Below, one piece after another: positions 34,118 through 44,059 of a stretch of 64,000 nucleotides of DNA (its first letter is position 1; each line of letters begins with the position of its first letter). Both the position numbers and the translations under genes were made by a program. The notes under the pieces were generated by a model. The model searched no databases, was not told the DNA's origin, and saw nothing but the letters and a program-made list of their open reading frames with translations. The DNA is taken from positions 140,312-204,311 of the IMG/VR virus record IMGVR_UViG_3300010885_076238; one strand, 5' to 3'.

Positions 34118-36117
34118 TAATAAGCATTTTGTGGTATGATGCCATTTCCAAATGAATCAAATGTAACACGATATATTCCATCAGGATGTCTAGTAGGGTA
34201 ATCCCAATAATCTTCATTTCTACTATTTAGTGGATCTGGTCCTTTGTAATAGCCAGCTTTTAGCCATTCGTCTTCAGTAGGAACCCTATACAATGCATTT
34301 TGATTTGCTTGTATGTTTGGCTGATATCCATTCAATGTGTAAGCTCCATCTAAAGTATACTCAAGACCAATAGGAGTTTGTCCCAGAACGGCCATATTAT
34401 GTAACCAATTAGCAAATTTTACAGCACTAAACCAATCTATAAAAACAACAGGTTTATTTCCCATATTTGTTTTTACAGAATATTTACTTCCAATAGAAGC
34501 AGAATTATTAAATAATATTCCCCCAGTGATATCACTACTCATTTTGGAATTATAAAAGTCATATCTGTTTCCTTCATGATCGGCTGCGTTCAAAAATAAT
34601 ACGTATTCGGCATTTGTTACCGGGTATTTCATTATTTTGTACTCATAATCAACTTGTCCAATCAGCTTGTAGGCGTATCCGTATTGAGCTTGTCCTCCAA
34701 CATTATTGGCAGTATAATTTAAATAAGGCGGATTTCCCAAATCTCCGACCGTTAAGAATTCATTTGATCCAGACGTGAAAGAATGATAATCTAAAGGATC
34801 AGTTGAACTGGACAATCTGAATCCAATAACATCACTTTTAATTGGATAACTATTTACCGTTCCGTCCTCATTTAAATTAATTCCTGGGTTGTTGAAGAAC
34901 CTGGCGTTGGTGTGTCCCATAGAAACGTTGCCTCCTGCCCAATGTCCGCTTCTAATTCCTCTTTGATATTGTCGGTTGAACATTTCTAGTGCATCATTCC
35001 ATTCGTAAACAAGACCTCCTTGATCATACGTTCCGTAATATGAAGATCCTCCATTTGTTCCTACTGTGGTGATTTTATTAGATCTACCCAGAACACCTAT
35101 ATTTGAGCAGTGCGGTCCGCGATTACTACCACTAAAAGTAAACTGAACCGTATCGCTTACAACAGAATTAGCTCCTGATGCTATTACAAATCTATATCTA
35201 TCTCTCGTTACAGAATCAAAATAGTCTGCGTTATTTGTGCCAAAAGATTGGCTTCGAGTTGCTTCGAAAATGCTACCATTTTGAAGAAGATTAGAGGCTA
35301 TTGTTGTGTTTTGATCTACAAATTCTCCCAAGCCATTTGTTTGCTTTTGTGTGGTGACTGTTGTGGTGCTTGGAGATGTGGTTGTAAATCTGACAGTAAA
35401 AACCCCACGGTATTCATCGATTGAAGAATTTTGTGGTTGATTTACTATTGTTATGCTAGCTCCCATCGGAGTTTGGGTTGGCGTGGGCGTTGGTGTGATT
35501 GTATCTAAGCATTCTAAGTAATGAAATCCATCGGTAATAGATTTAATTTTATATGTTCCATTATACACTCTAGGGTCCATAATGTCCCAGACAGGGTGTG
35601 TAGGATCCAAATCTTTTTCTGCATTTGAGATGACCACTGATTCTCCGACAATAAATCCTAAATTGCCAATGGTACTATCAATGCTATTATACAATGCAAA
35701 ATAGGGATCTATGAGCAGATCCTCTCGATTAACAATATCCAAGCTGCCATGACAACCCCAATCATTAGAGACTCCTTGAATTATAATTCCACTGGTTTGC
35801 CCTGTGATAGTAGCTCTGGAATACAAATTGTTGTTATTTGGCCATTGATCAAGATTACAATTATCTTCTGGCGTTAGATTTTTCGTTGGCGTCAATGTAG
35901 GGGTTGGTGTTGGTGTTGGCCTTAAGCTTTCAATTACGCAGTTTGAATCATATTCTTCAAAGTACAAATGAACAGTTCCGTACCAATCATCAGTAGTCCA
36001 TAGATAGGGTATAATTTGATATCCCAAGTCTATAGGCTCCCCAAGAGAGTCAGGAAAAAATAATATATGGGCCAACTTTCCATTATAATTGTTTGATGAT
36101 ATTTTTATTGTTTGCAT
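34114..36117 (-). CDS. Large protein with PT linkers and an FGE/SUMF1-like domain (permuted)
   Basis: SYYGTYDQGG.VYEW, GFR, KYPVTNAEY, PTEDEWLKAGYY; TPTPTP repeats. Confidence 0.75.
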   Translation of the reverse strand: MQTIKISSNNYNGKLAHILFFPDSLGEPIDLGYQIIPYLWTTDDWYGTVHLYFEEYDSNCVIESLRPTPTPTPTLTPTKNLTPEDNCNLDQWPNNNNLYSRATITGQTSGIIIQGVSNDWGCHGSLDIVNREDLLIDPYFALYNSIDSTIGNLGFIVGESVVISNAEKDLDPTHPVWDIMDPRVYNGTYKIKSITDGFHYLECLDTITPTPTPTQTPMGASITIVNQPQNSSIDEYRGVFTVRFTTTSPSTTTVTTQKQTNGLGEFVDQNTTIASNLLQNGSIFEATRSQSFGTNNADYFDSVTRDRYRFVIASGANSVVSDTVQFTFSGSNRGPHCSNIGVLGRSNKITTVGTNGGSSYYGTYDQGGLVYEWNDALEMFNRQYQRGIRSGHWAGGNVSMGHTNARFFNNPGINLNEDGTVNSYPIKSDVIGFRLSSSTDPLDYHSFTSGSNEFLTVGDLGNPPYLNYTANNVGGQAQYGYAYKLIGQVDYEYKIMKYPVTNAEYVLFLNAADHEGNRYDFYNSKMSSDITGGILFNNSASIGSKYSVKTNMGNKPVVFIDWFSAVKFANWLHNMAVLGQTPIGLEYTLDGAYTLNGYQPNIQANQNALYRVPTEDEWLKAGYYKGPDPLNSRNEDYWDYPTRHPDGIYRVTFDSFGNGIIPQNAYY

Positions 36118-36174
36118 AATGAATTAATTTATTGAATTTATCAATACAATATATATATAATTTGGAGGTAATTT

Positions 36175-36384
36175 ATGAAATTTTCACTATGGCTCGAAAG
36201 AAGAAATCAAAAATCAGCTACAAAAGAACCAATTAAAAAGAGCGCTTTAGAACTAGCTAAAAGAGCAGCCAGTAAAAATATCCATGATATGCAACATGGA
36301 AGAGCTGGTGCGATGGAGCCTAGAACAATAAATAAGAAATCAAGAGGCGAACAAAATAGACGAGCCATAAGAGACCAGTATTAA
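36175..36384 (+). CDS. Small basic putative internal protein
   Basis: MKFSLWLE; GGAGG RBS. Confidence 0.6.
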   Translation: MKFSLWLERRNQKSATKEPIKKSALELAKRAASKNIHDMQHGRAGAMEPRTINKKSRGEQNRRAIRDQY

Positions 36385-36408
36385 AATGCTCGTGTTCGGA
36401 ACAATTTC

Positions 36409-36657
36409 CTAGGAGATTTTCATTGATTTTCTAAGTATTTCAGCTGCCTTTAGTATAGTTTGAGCTTCTTCTTGTGATATGTTTAGCATTCCTAAAGCCT
36501 GAACAACTCCTCCATCAATTTTATTAGGAGTGAAATCTATCAGATTAAGATCTAATTTTGAATATAAGTTGTCGTTTTTAACAACTCCATTTATTATTCT
36601 TGGTTTTATATTTTCTACTGATCCTGGGCCTGTGCCTTCTGTTGTTGTTGCTGTCAT
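36409..36657 (-). CDS. Hypothetical protein
   Basis: AAGGA RBS. Confidence 0.55.
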   Translation of the reverse strand: MTATTTEGTGPGSVENIKPRIINGVVKNDNLYSKLDLNLIDFTPNKIDGGVVQALGMLNISQEEAQTILKAAEILRKSMKIS

Positions 36658-37179
36658 TTTTTTTCCTTTATAATTTTTCCTGTTGCATTTATTTATTGCG
36701 CTTTGGCCAAAAATTACAAACCAAATATTTTATTATGAATAAATATTTTAAACAATACGACATGAGGTTTGTATTCCATGACAGAACTAAGCAGAATGCA
36801 ATTAATACAAAAAGCAGATGAAATATGTGAATTTGCTAGAAAAATTTTTAATAATAAGCGAGCAGAGTTATTAAGAAAAGCAGCACAATTTTATAAAGAA
36901 GCTACATTATCAGTTATGGCTGAAAAGGTTGAAAAAGAAGCCGCTGATTGGGAAATGTGGGAAAAAGGAGAGTGATTTTAACTTTCGGAAAATTAAATAC
37001 TAGAGTATTTGTATGAACGAACAGCAAATCAAAGATAAAATATCAGAAATAAGAAGTTATATAATATCTGAATATTGCAGTGTAGATCAAGCTAAAGAAC
37101 TGCATCAAGAAATCAAGAAATATGAAGATATGTTAAAAAAAGTTCTCGAAGATAAATAGAAATTTTTAATCTTTACTTA

Positions 37180-37743
37180 TTATACAAAAATTTCACCTTC
37201 GGCGTCGAAGCCGATATTTTGAGCCATAAGTTGTTTGTGTGTTGCTAAAATATCACTGACTGGTTGTAATGAAAAGTTGTTTTGCAATAATCGCCAAGTG
37301 TTTTTTATTTGCGATTGTTTGTGTGCTACTGGGGGTTTTTCTGTGAAGAACTCTCCTTGTCCTTCCCGTCCCAATTCTTCAAAATCAGTTTTTTTAAATG
37401 TTGATATCCAAGGTTTGTAGTCTTTAACAACTTGTACATCTTGTTGTCTAATATACAAAGTTTTCTTTGGTTTAGTAGGAACCAGTATCCAAGGCATATT
37501 CCTAGGTATTAGGTAAGATACAACATTGTGATATTTTCCAGCAAAAGCTCCTGATCTAAAACGTCCGGGTGTTGTTCCTTGTGGTGTTTGTGCCCAATTT
37601 GGAACTTCGTTTGGAACAGATGTTGGACCACTTTCACCATTGTTTGTAATATAAAATTGTCTAAGATTAGAGTGGTCCCCAAAATCTCTTTTTTCTGCGT
37701 CTATTCTGAATACACGATTTTCAAGCCATAATTTAAAGTTCAT
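37180..37743 (-). CDS. Putative internal head protein
   Basis: MNFKLWLE start at 37743. Confidence 0.65.
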   Translation of the reverse strand: MNFKLWLENRVFRIDAEKRDFGDHSNLRQFYITNNGESGPTSVPNEVPNWAQTPQGTTPGRFRSGAFAGKYHNVVSYLIPRNMPWILVPTKPKKTLYIRQQDVQVVKDYKPWISTFKKTDFEELGREGQGEFFTEKPPVAHKQSQIKNTWRLLQNNFSLQPVSDILATHKQLMAQNIGFDAEGEIFV

Positions 37744-37747
37744 AATT

Positions 37748-37963
37748 TTATAAAATATAAGCTTCACCATTTTCAATTAATTTCAATATGAAATCGTAAG
37801 CTTTTCCTGAGTCTTTTCTTTCCATTTTTCTAATCTTATTATGATAAATTGAATCAACGATTATTGTTTTTCGTTCTCCATTTATATTAATGAGTATTCT
37901 TCCGTCTTTTGAATAACCGGTAAAGAGTACATTTTCATTTATAAAATCACGAAAGCTTTTCAT
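37748..37963 (-). CDS. Putative internal head protein
   Basis: MKSFRDFINE. Confidence 0.6.
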   Translation of the reverse strand: MKSFRDFINENVLFTGYSKDGRILININGERKTIIVDSIYHNKIRKMERKDSGKAYDFILKLIENGEAYIL

Positions 37964-38142
37964 TATTTTTTAGTCTTTTTAGTAAACAAATACAAGTTGG
38001 AAACTGTGCGTTCTCAGAATAATTTGATCCGCTAGATGGCATTCCTGTTTCACGAACTGGTTCCCATCCTTCTTCCAATAGTTTTTCAAGACTTTTTATA
38101 GAAGAGTTTTTTTCGTCTAAAACTAAAATTTGATATTTATAT

Positions 38143-38562
38143 TCATATTCCATATTGATCGTAATCTTCCTCTCCTGGGTGTTTTGAAATTCTACTATCA
38201 AGTTGTTTTTCTACATCTTGCTTCCATCCCATTTTATCTATATATTCATTTGTTTTTTTTATTAAATGATCTATATGATCCATGTAAGTGTTATAAGCTA
38301 ATCTAGCACTCATCTTTTTTTTATGATCATGTGATCCTGCTGAGTTTGAGTGATCAATATCTTCTTGAGACATTTTAATCATTTCTAATTCATCAGCATC
38401 TTCACCAAGACCTAACACTCTTAATTTTCTTACAAGATTATTATGATAGCTCTTATCTTGATAAACACCTTTATTTGGTCGGATATCATCCGCTTCCAAT
38501 AAATGAAAAAAAAGGTCAACCCATAAATCTTTTTTATCAAGCCATTCATAAAAGTTTTGCAT
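38143..38562 (-). CDS. Putative internal head protein
   Basis: MQNFYEWL...LLE. Confidence 0.6.
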   Translation of the reverse strand: MQNFYEWLDKKDLWVDLFFHLLEADDIRPNKGVYQDKSYHNNLVRKLRVLGLGEDADELEMIKMSQEDIDHSNSAGSHDHKKKMSARLAYNTYMDHIDHLIKKTNEYIDKMGWKQDVEKQLDSRISKHPGEEDYDQYGI

Positions 38563-38615
38563 ACATTATATATAATTTAATGATTAATTAATATGTTCGC
38601 ATTTATTTCGGAGAG

Positions 38616-38867
38616 ATGATGAGTGCCAAAAATTTTAGTTTTAAATTATGGTTGGAAGAAAACGCAGCACCAGCACCAGCACCAGCACCAGCACCAACTT
38701 CATCAACACCATCATCAACACAAACTTCGGATTCTGGATCTACCCTTTCTAAGGACATAGCAAAGGTGCCGACCAAAGTGGGATGCAGCACTGTTAGTTG
38801 TTGCAGTAAAGATTTTTTCAGAAATTGGCATTACAAAAAAAAGAGAAAAAAGAGGAAGAAAAAATGA
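38616..38867 (+). CDS. Small protein with AP repeat and basic tail
   Basis: FSFKLWLEE, APAPAPAP, KKKRKKRKKK. Confidence 0.55.
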   Translation: MMSAKNFSFKLWLEENAAPAPAPAPAPTSSTPSSTQTSDSGSTLSKDIAKVPTKVGCSTVSCCSKDFFRNWHYKKKRKKRKKK

Positions 38868-39679
38868 AAACGGGTTTCTGTTTTACAGGAGAAGGAGCTA
38901 GAGGAGCAATACAAGCAGGAATAGCCTTGGGTTTGCATAATCAAGGCATAAATGCTGACTTTACAATTGGAATATCATCAGGATCTATTTGTGCTGCTTC
39001 ATATGCGTATCTAGGACCTAAAGGATTAGCTGAAATGTGGTCTAATGTTAATAATATTTTTGATGTTTTTGGAATTAATTATAATTTAATTGGCAAAACA
39101 GGACTATTGAATCAGAAGCCAATGCAAAAAATCTTGCAAAAAGCGATGGAAAACGAACCAATATGTGAAAGCGTTGTTATTAGAATGAATATAGAAGATG
39201 GTTATTTAGACTATGTGTCAAATAAAGATGTATCTTCTAGCGAATTCGCAGAAGCAGTTTTAGGAAGCGTAGCCATTACTGCTTTAGTAGAAGATAGAAA
39301 TGGCTGGGTAGATGCTGGGAGTCGTCAAATAGCCCCTCTAGATCAATGTATAAGGGCAGGTTGTGATAATATCTATGTGATTATGGGTAGGCCTCTTCAT
39401 TTGCCTCCTTGGCAAAAACCTAAAGGTTTATTTAAATTATTTAATATGGCATTTAGGGCGTTCGATATAACCCTCTATGAAATAATGATTAGAGATATAA
39501 ATAGTTGCATAAGGGACAAGTCACACCCCGATTTCAAAAATGTAAATATTTTTTTAGTAGAGCCTAAAGAATTATTTTATGAAAGCGTTGAATTTGCCAA
39601 ATGCAAAAAAGGCGTTGTTTATGGGACAACAGAATACAACAGACATGATAAAAAAGGATTGAGAAAATTTATAAAATGA
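38864..39679 (+). CDS. Patatin-like phospholipase
   Basis: GEGARG, GISSG, DAG motifs. Confidence 0.85.
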   Translation: MKTGFCFTGEGARGAIQAGIALGLHNQGINADFTIGISSGSICAASYAYLGPKGLAEMWSNVNNIFDVFGINYNLIGKTGLLNQKPMQKILQKAMENEPICESVVIRMNIEDGYLDYVSNKDVSSSEFAEAVLGSVAITALVEDRNGWVDAGSRQIAPLDQCIRAGCDNIYVIMGRPLHLPPWQKPKGLFKLFNMAFRAFDITLYEIMIRDINSCIRDKSHPDFKNVNIFLVEPKELFYESVEFAKCKKGVVYGTTEYNRHDKKGLRKFIK

Positions 39680-39942
39680 ACTTCAAAGAATGGCTTATGA
39701 AAGAAGGTTCTAATACCGGATCTAAAACTGGTCTGTACCCTTTGGGATACGGAGGCGTAGGTTTGTATCCTCCATCATGGTACATAACAAGAAGCGCAGA
39801 TGCAATTTATTATTTCACAATTGATGAAAGAATATATAAATCTAAGGATGGAGGTCTTTTTGATATTAGTCATATTCCAGGCAATAATATAAAACAAAAC
39901 TCTGGCGAGGGTGGATCTTGGAACATTACGAAAATAAAATAA
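39676..39942 (+). CDS. Putative internal head protein
   Basis: MNFKEWLMKE. Confidence 0.6.
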   Translation: MNFKEWLMKEGSNTGSKTGLYPLGYGGVGLYPPSWYITRSADAIYYFTIDERIYKSKDGGLFDISHIPGNNIKQNSGEGGSWNITKIK

Positions 39943-39943
39943 C

Positions 39944-40405
39944 ATGACATTATCAATAAGAAAAATTAATTCTAAAGATTATAATGAAATAGAAAATATA
40001 GCAAATCAAAGCTACTCAGAAGATTATTATGAATCTGAAGAAAGTTTCATTAGCAAGATAGAGAAATTTCCAGATGGATGTTATGTCGCTGATCTAGACG
40101 GTGTTGTGGGATACGTAATATCATTTCCTTATTACGTAGGAAAATCTTTTCCCATCAATACGAATTACGAAATAGTAGAAAATCCAAATTGTTGGTATAT
40201 ACACGACCTTTGTGTTGTTGAAAGATTCAGAAACAAAGGTGTTGCAAAAACACTTGCAAAAGAAATAATTAAAAAATCATGGAATGTCGTGGCTCTAACA
40301 GCAGTGCAAAATTCAACTTCTTTTTGGAACAAGTTTGGATTTTTATCTTTTAAAATAGTAAATTACTGTAACCAAAAAGCAGACTATATGATATTAATTA
40401 AATAA
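39944..40405 (+). CDS. GNAT acetyltransferase
   Basis: YIHDLCV...RNKGVAK...FW.KFGF. Confidence 0.88.
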   Translation: MTLSIRKINSKDYNEIENIANQSYSEDYYESEESFISKIEKFPDGCYVADLDGVVGYVISFPYYVGKSFPINTNYEIVENPNCWYIHDLCVVERFRNKGVAKTLAKEIIKKSWNVVALTAVQNSTSFWNKFGFLSFKIVNYCNQKADYMILIK

Positions 40406-40858
40406 AGGAAAAAATGATTGAAGAAATAGATTATTCAGAAGAAGCAAAATTTGATCTGTTCGAATCAGTTAAAAAAGAAAAGACCTCCTGGGCCAGTTGC
40501 ATCATATCAAAAATGCCACCTTCTTATGAAGATGTTAAAATAAAATTAGAAAAGATGGATATGTCAATAACAAAAAAAGAATATGAAAAAATATGCAAAG
40601 AATTAGGATTTAATTTTTAGTCATAAATCTTTTCATAAATTGACTGCCGCTGTATTCGTTTCTTAGTTTTCTAATTTCTAAAATCGCTTCTTTTATTATT
40701 TCTTCTTTTTCTTTATCTTCAAACGTAATTTTACTTAATTTTTCAATTATATCCATAAGACTACCTCTTTAAAAATCTAAAGATACAACACTTTTCACCT
40801 CGAAATCTTCTGATTGAGTATTTCAATTTTTCAACTAATAATTTTAATTTAATAAACA

Positions 40859-41227
40859 TTATTTTATCCAAAATACAAAATCGTTTAGTTCTTCGTCAAA
40901 AGCAGATTCTAAGGCCCCAGAAGAAACCAAATTGACCAAAGAGTTACTAATCATTCTACTATTTAAATTTTCTATAATTTTATATAATGTCTTTTTAGAA
41001 AACTTATAGCCAGACTTGTATTTTTTGATCATAGTCATAGCTATGTTTTTAGTTTCTTCAATTGTTATAATAGAATCGATATTTTTTGGTTTTTCTAATT
41101 TCAATAAATAATCTTCTTTATCTTGAAAGGAATCATTGATTTCAATAAATTTTTCAAACGAGATTTCTCTTACTCGTTGTAAAAAATTATCTATTTCTTG
41201 ATCTTCTATGTAAAACCAATCATTCAT
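40859..41227 (-). CDS. Hypothetical protein
   Basis: ORF in a minus-strand operon. Confidence 0.6.
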   Translation of the reverse strand: MNDWFYIEDQEIDNFLQRVREISFEKFIEINDSFQDKEDYLLKLEKPKNIDSIITIEETKNIAMTMIKKYKSGYKFSKKTLYKIIENLNSRMISNSLVNLVSSGALESAFDEELNDFVFWIK

Positions 41228-41456
41228 CTTTTTTCTTTTTCTTTTTCTTAGGTTTTTCTTCCAAGTCTTGATCTTGTTTCTTTACTTCATTTTTCTTGTT
41301 CACAATAGAAAGAAGTCTGGCTCTTTCTTTTTTTGCTCCAACATCTTTTCCAAAAACAGAGTCTAAAGAAGATATTTGGTCCTGTGGACTTCTTTTATCT
41401 CTTTTTTGCTGTCTATCTTCAGCCTCTTGTTTTTTTAGATCTTTACTCTTTCCCAT
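41220..41456 (-). CDS. Small basic protein
   Basis: R(S/T)PQ.Q...LD...G...GAKKERARL pattern. Confidence 0.65.
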   Translation of the reverse strand: MGKSKDLKKQEAEDRQQKRDKRSPQDQISSLDSVFGKDVGAKKERARLLSIVNKKNEVKKQDQDLEEKPKKKKKKKDE

Positions 41457-41475
41457 ATTTATCCCTTTGTTAATG

Positions 41476-41697
41476 TTATTTCCAAAAACTTTTAATCTTG
41501 GTTTCTTCGTTTTTTGAAACTATTGTTTTTGCCAAAGTAGACAAAATAAAAACAGAAATCCAAGTCTTCCAATTATAAGGAGTGTCTAAATGAAATAAAT
41601 TATTCAATGCCCATATTACTAATAGAGGCGTATAAAATATAAGAAAAAAAGACAATAAAACCAAGCAAAATGTAACTAAAATTTCTTTATTATTCAT
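41476..41697 (-). CDS. Small membrane protein
   Basis: IWALNNLF...Y.WKTW; two hydrophobic segments. Confidence 0.65.
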   Translation of the reverse strand: MNNKEILVTFCLVLLSFFLIFYTPLLVIWALNNLFHLDTPYNWKTWISVFILSTLAKTIVSKNEETKIKSFWK

Positions 41698-43094
41698 TAT
41701 AAACTCCTTATAAAATCTTCCCAGTCCTGGGCAGATTTTTTTTCTTCAAACAAAACTCTAGACTTTTCTAGCAATTCTGTTCTTTTACTTTTATCTTTAT
41801 TTGTGGCTATGCTGACTGCCTTTTCAATATACTCTTCCACAGTATTAACACAGTAATCTTTTTCTAAATTTATTTTTTTATAGAAGCCATAAGTAAATCT
41901 GCCATTAATCTTATTAGTTGGCATAGAAACAACAGGAAGCCCACAGGCAAAACACTCAAGAGTAGAATTCATATTTCCAAAAGGATAGCTTTCTATAAAT
42001 ACATCACTTAGATACAACAAGTTCATATTGTCATTGGAATCTAATCTAGACAGAAATCTTATTCTATTAGCATATTCCAAACCAAGGTTTTTCTCAAGAG
42101 CAGTATAAAATATTAAATCAAAATTAGAAAATCCCAATTTGGTAAGAACAATTAAAGCCTTTTCGTCCTTTTCCAAGATGCCTTTAAATATATCAAACAT
42201 TTCTTTGCCCATCTTAAAAAAAGAAGAATTGCAAAAGTAAATGTTATTATCCTTATGTATTTGGAAATATTCTCTTGGTTTAAAGTTATTTATATAATTT
42301 TCTAGTTGTATTTTCTTATAAACAATCCCCAAAGAATCAAAAAGAATTGGCTTTTCTGTGTAGTTATTTTCCGGCTCTGTTTCATAGTACTTGGAAGTGA
42401 CAAAATAGTCCGCCGTTCCACTCGATTCACTATGTCCAAACGTGGTCACCTGAACAGGCGCAAGTCTAAAAAGCCCTATGCAAGAAGTCATAGCATCCAT
42501 GTTCATATCAGGATAAACTATAACGTCATACCGCCCAGCACCTATTTTTTCTATGTTTTTTTCTATGTTGTCTGTTTGTATTATGTTTTTACAATCTTTA
42601 TAAGACTCCATAACATCATTGCTAACAGGATATTGAGTCATTAGATCAATATGAAAATCAGGAACTTTTGATAAATGCTCTAAAATTCCATGAGTTGATT
42701 TATAAACAGAAGAATTACAATTCATTCTTGAGCTAAAAAACAATATTTTTTTATAAGGCTTATTGTATGGAGTTTCACATTTATATTTTTCATTTATTTT
42801 ATTAATATAATTGCCAAATGAATTTTTATAAATATAAATAAAATCTTCTAAAATATCTTTTATACTCAAGCCATAATAAGCCAAATAAAAAACAGGCAAG
42901 CCATTATTTAATAAATTTATATCAGCCTTCTCTTTTTCATAACTTGGTACGCTATCAACATACTCTTTGAATTTAGCTAAATGCTCTCTTACTTTTAATA
43001 AATGTTGGCCTCTTTCTTTATGATCCATTTCCAAAATGTAATGAGGAATTTGACTAAGAGGCTCAATTGCTTTTGATATTAGATTTTCATTCAT
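41697..43094 (-). CDS. GT41 (O-GlcNAc transferase/HMW1C-like) glycosyltransferase
   Basis: RLAPVQVTTFGHSESSG..DYF, DVFIESYPFG...STLE....GLPVV. Confidence 0.85.
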   Translation of the reverse strand: MNENLISKAIEPLSQIPHYILEMDHKERGQHLLKVREHLAKFKEYVDSVPSYEKEKADINLLNNGLPVFYLAYYGLSIKDILEDFIYIYKNSFGNYINKINEKYKCETPYNKPYKKILFFSSRMNCNSSVYKSTHGILEHLSKVPDFHIDLMTQYPVSNDVMESYKDCKNIIQTDNIEKNIEKIGAGRYDVIVYPDMNMDAMTSCIGLFRLAPVQVTTFGHSESSGTADYFVTSKYYETEPENNYTEKPILFDSLGIVYKKIQLENYINNFKPREYFQIHKDNNIYFCNSSFFKMGKEMFDIFKGILEKDEKALIVLTKLGFSNFDLIFYTALEKNLGLEYANRIRFLSRLDSNDNMNLLYLSDVFIESYPFGNMNSTLECFACGLPVVSMPTNKINGRFTYGFYKKINLEKDYCVNTVEEYIEKAVSIATNKDKSKRTELLEKSRVLFEEKKSAQDWEDFIRSL

Positions 43095-43110
43095 TATAAA
43101 ATTTCTACAG

Positions 43111-43192
43111 TGGTGGATGCTGGATTTGAACCAGCGAAGGCAATGCCATCAAATTTACAGTCTGACCCCTTTGACCGCTCGGGAAATCCACC
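43111..43192 (-). tRNA. tRNA-Tyr(GTA)
   Basis: Cloverleaf with long variable arm; loop CTGTAAA. Confidence 0.93.
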
Positions 43193-43198
43193 GGAAAA

Positions 43199-43269
43199 CA
43201 CGGAAAGAAGGAATCGAACCCTCACCAGCCGCTTTGGAGACGGCAGTTCTACCATTAAACTATTTCCGC
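43199..43269 (-). tRNA. tRNA-Trp(CCA)
   Basis: GCCGT-CTCCAAA-GCGGC anticodon arm. Confidence 0.92.
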
Positions 43270-43327
43270 ACTCGCAACTCTGCGTCAGCCTCCGAGTAAT
43301 ATATTATAATAAAATGCTATAGAAAAA

Positions 43328-43807
43328 TCAACATAATTTTTTGTATCTATTTTTTCTTCCATTTCCCCTATTCCTGCCTTTGAAAGTTGGCAAAGTTGCA
43401 TCGCAATTATTACATATAATTCTAAAATTAGATATTTCGTTATTTTTTGAATTTCCATCAATGTGGTCACTGACCAATGGAATTTTAAGCCCTGTCCATT
43501 CTGATAGGCCGCACATCATACATTTATGTCCGTATTTATGTATTAAATACGCTCTAACTAATCTACGAATGCTACAGTCTGTGTGTGTTTTGTAATTTCC
43601 ACTTTCTACTGTTTCAGTTAGTCTTCTAATATTTTTTTCTTGAAAATTTTTATTTTTATTCCAAGGAATGGATCCTTTCTTTTTACCAGCTAATTTTGAA
43701 TGAGTGTGTTTTATTTTTTGAAGATTGTTTTTACAACACATTTCGTGTGCAACTAGCGAGCCTTTGTTTTCTATTTTTTTATTACAAAATTGACATTGAT
43801 TTTTCAT
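43328..43807 (-). CDS. HNH homing endonuclease inserted in the tRNA cluster
   Basis: CMMC...DHIDGN..NN...N...C.NC; N-terminal C2H-type finger, PWNK motif. Confidence 0.88.
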   Translation of the reverse strand: MKNQCQFCNKKIENKGSLVAHEMCCKNNLQKIKHTHSKLAGKKKGSIPWNKNKNFQEKNIRRLTETVESGNYKTHTDCSIRRLVRAYLIHKYGHKCMMCGLSEWTGLKIPLVSDHIDGNSKNNEISNFRIICNNCDATLPTFKGRNRGNGRKNRYKKLC

Positions 43808-43817
43808 AATGCTTGAG

Positions 43818-43904
43818 CAGAGGCCCAGGGAATCTAACCCTGACCGGTTTTATCCGGTCCGCTTTAGCAAAGCGGTGCAGCAAAACAGTATCTGCCTGAC
43901 CTCT
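43818..43904 (-). tRNA. tRNA-Ser(GCT), atypical D/T loops
   Basis: CCGCT-TTGCTAA-AGCGG, long variable arm, G73; D-loop lacks GG and T-loop is TTAGATT. Confidence 0.85.
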
Positions 43905-43908
43905 AAAA

Positions 43909-44044
43909 CTGGCGAAACAGGATTCGAACCTGTAACCTAGCGGTTAATCCACTGCTGGGGTTTGAACCCAGTAATCTCCAGCCTTTTGGGCTTTAATTCA
44001 GTGGCTTTATACAGCCGCTCGCTCTACCGTTGAGCTATTCGCCA
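43909..44044 (-). tRNA. tRNA-Asn(GTT) interrupted by a 64-nt insert in the anticodon
   Basis: 5' half 44044-44011 ends AGCGG-CT-GT; 3' half 43946-43909 starts T-AA-CCGCT; U1-A72 and G73. Confidence 0.88.
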
Positions 44045-44059
44045 ATAAATCTAATTATA

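Noticed and set aside
43947-44010. Group I/II or bulge-helix-bulge intron
   Set aside because: 64 nt is too short for a self-splicing core, and no BHB motif is evident at the junctions.
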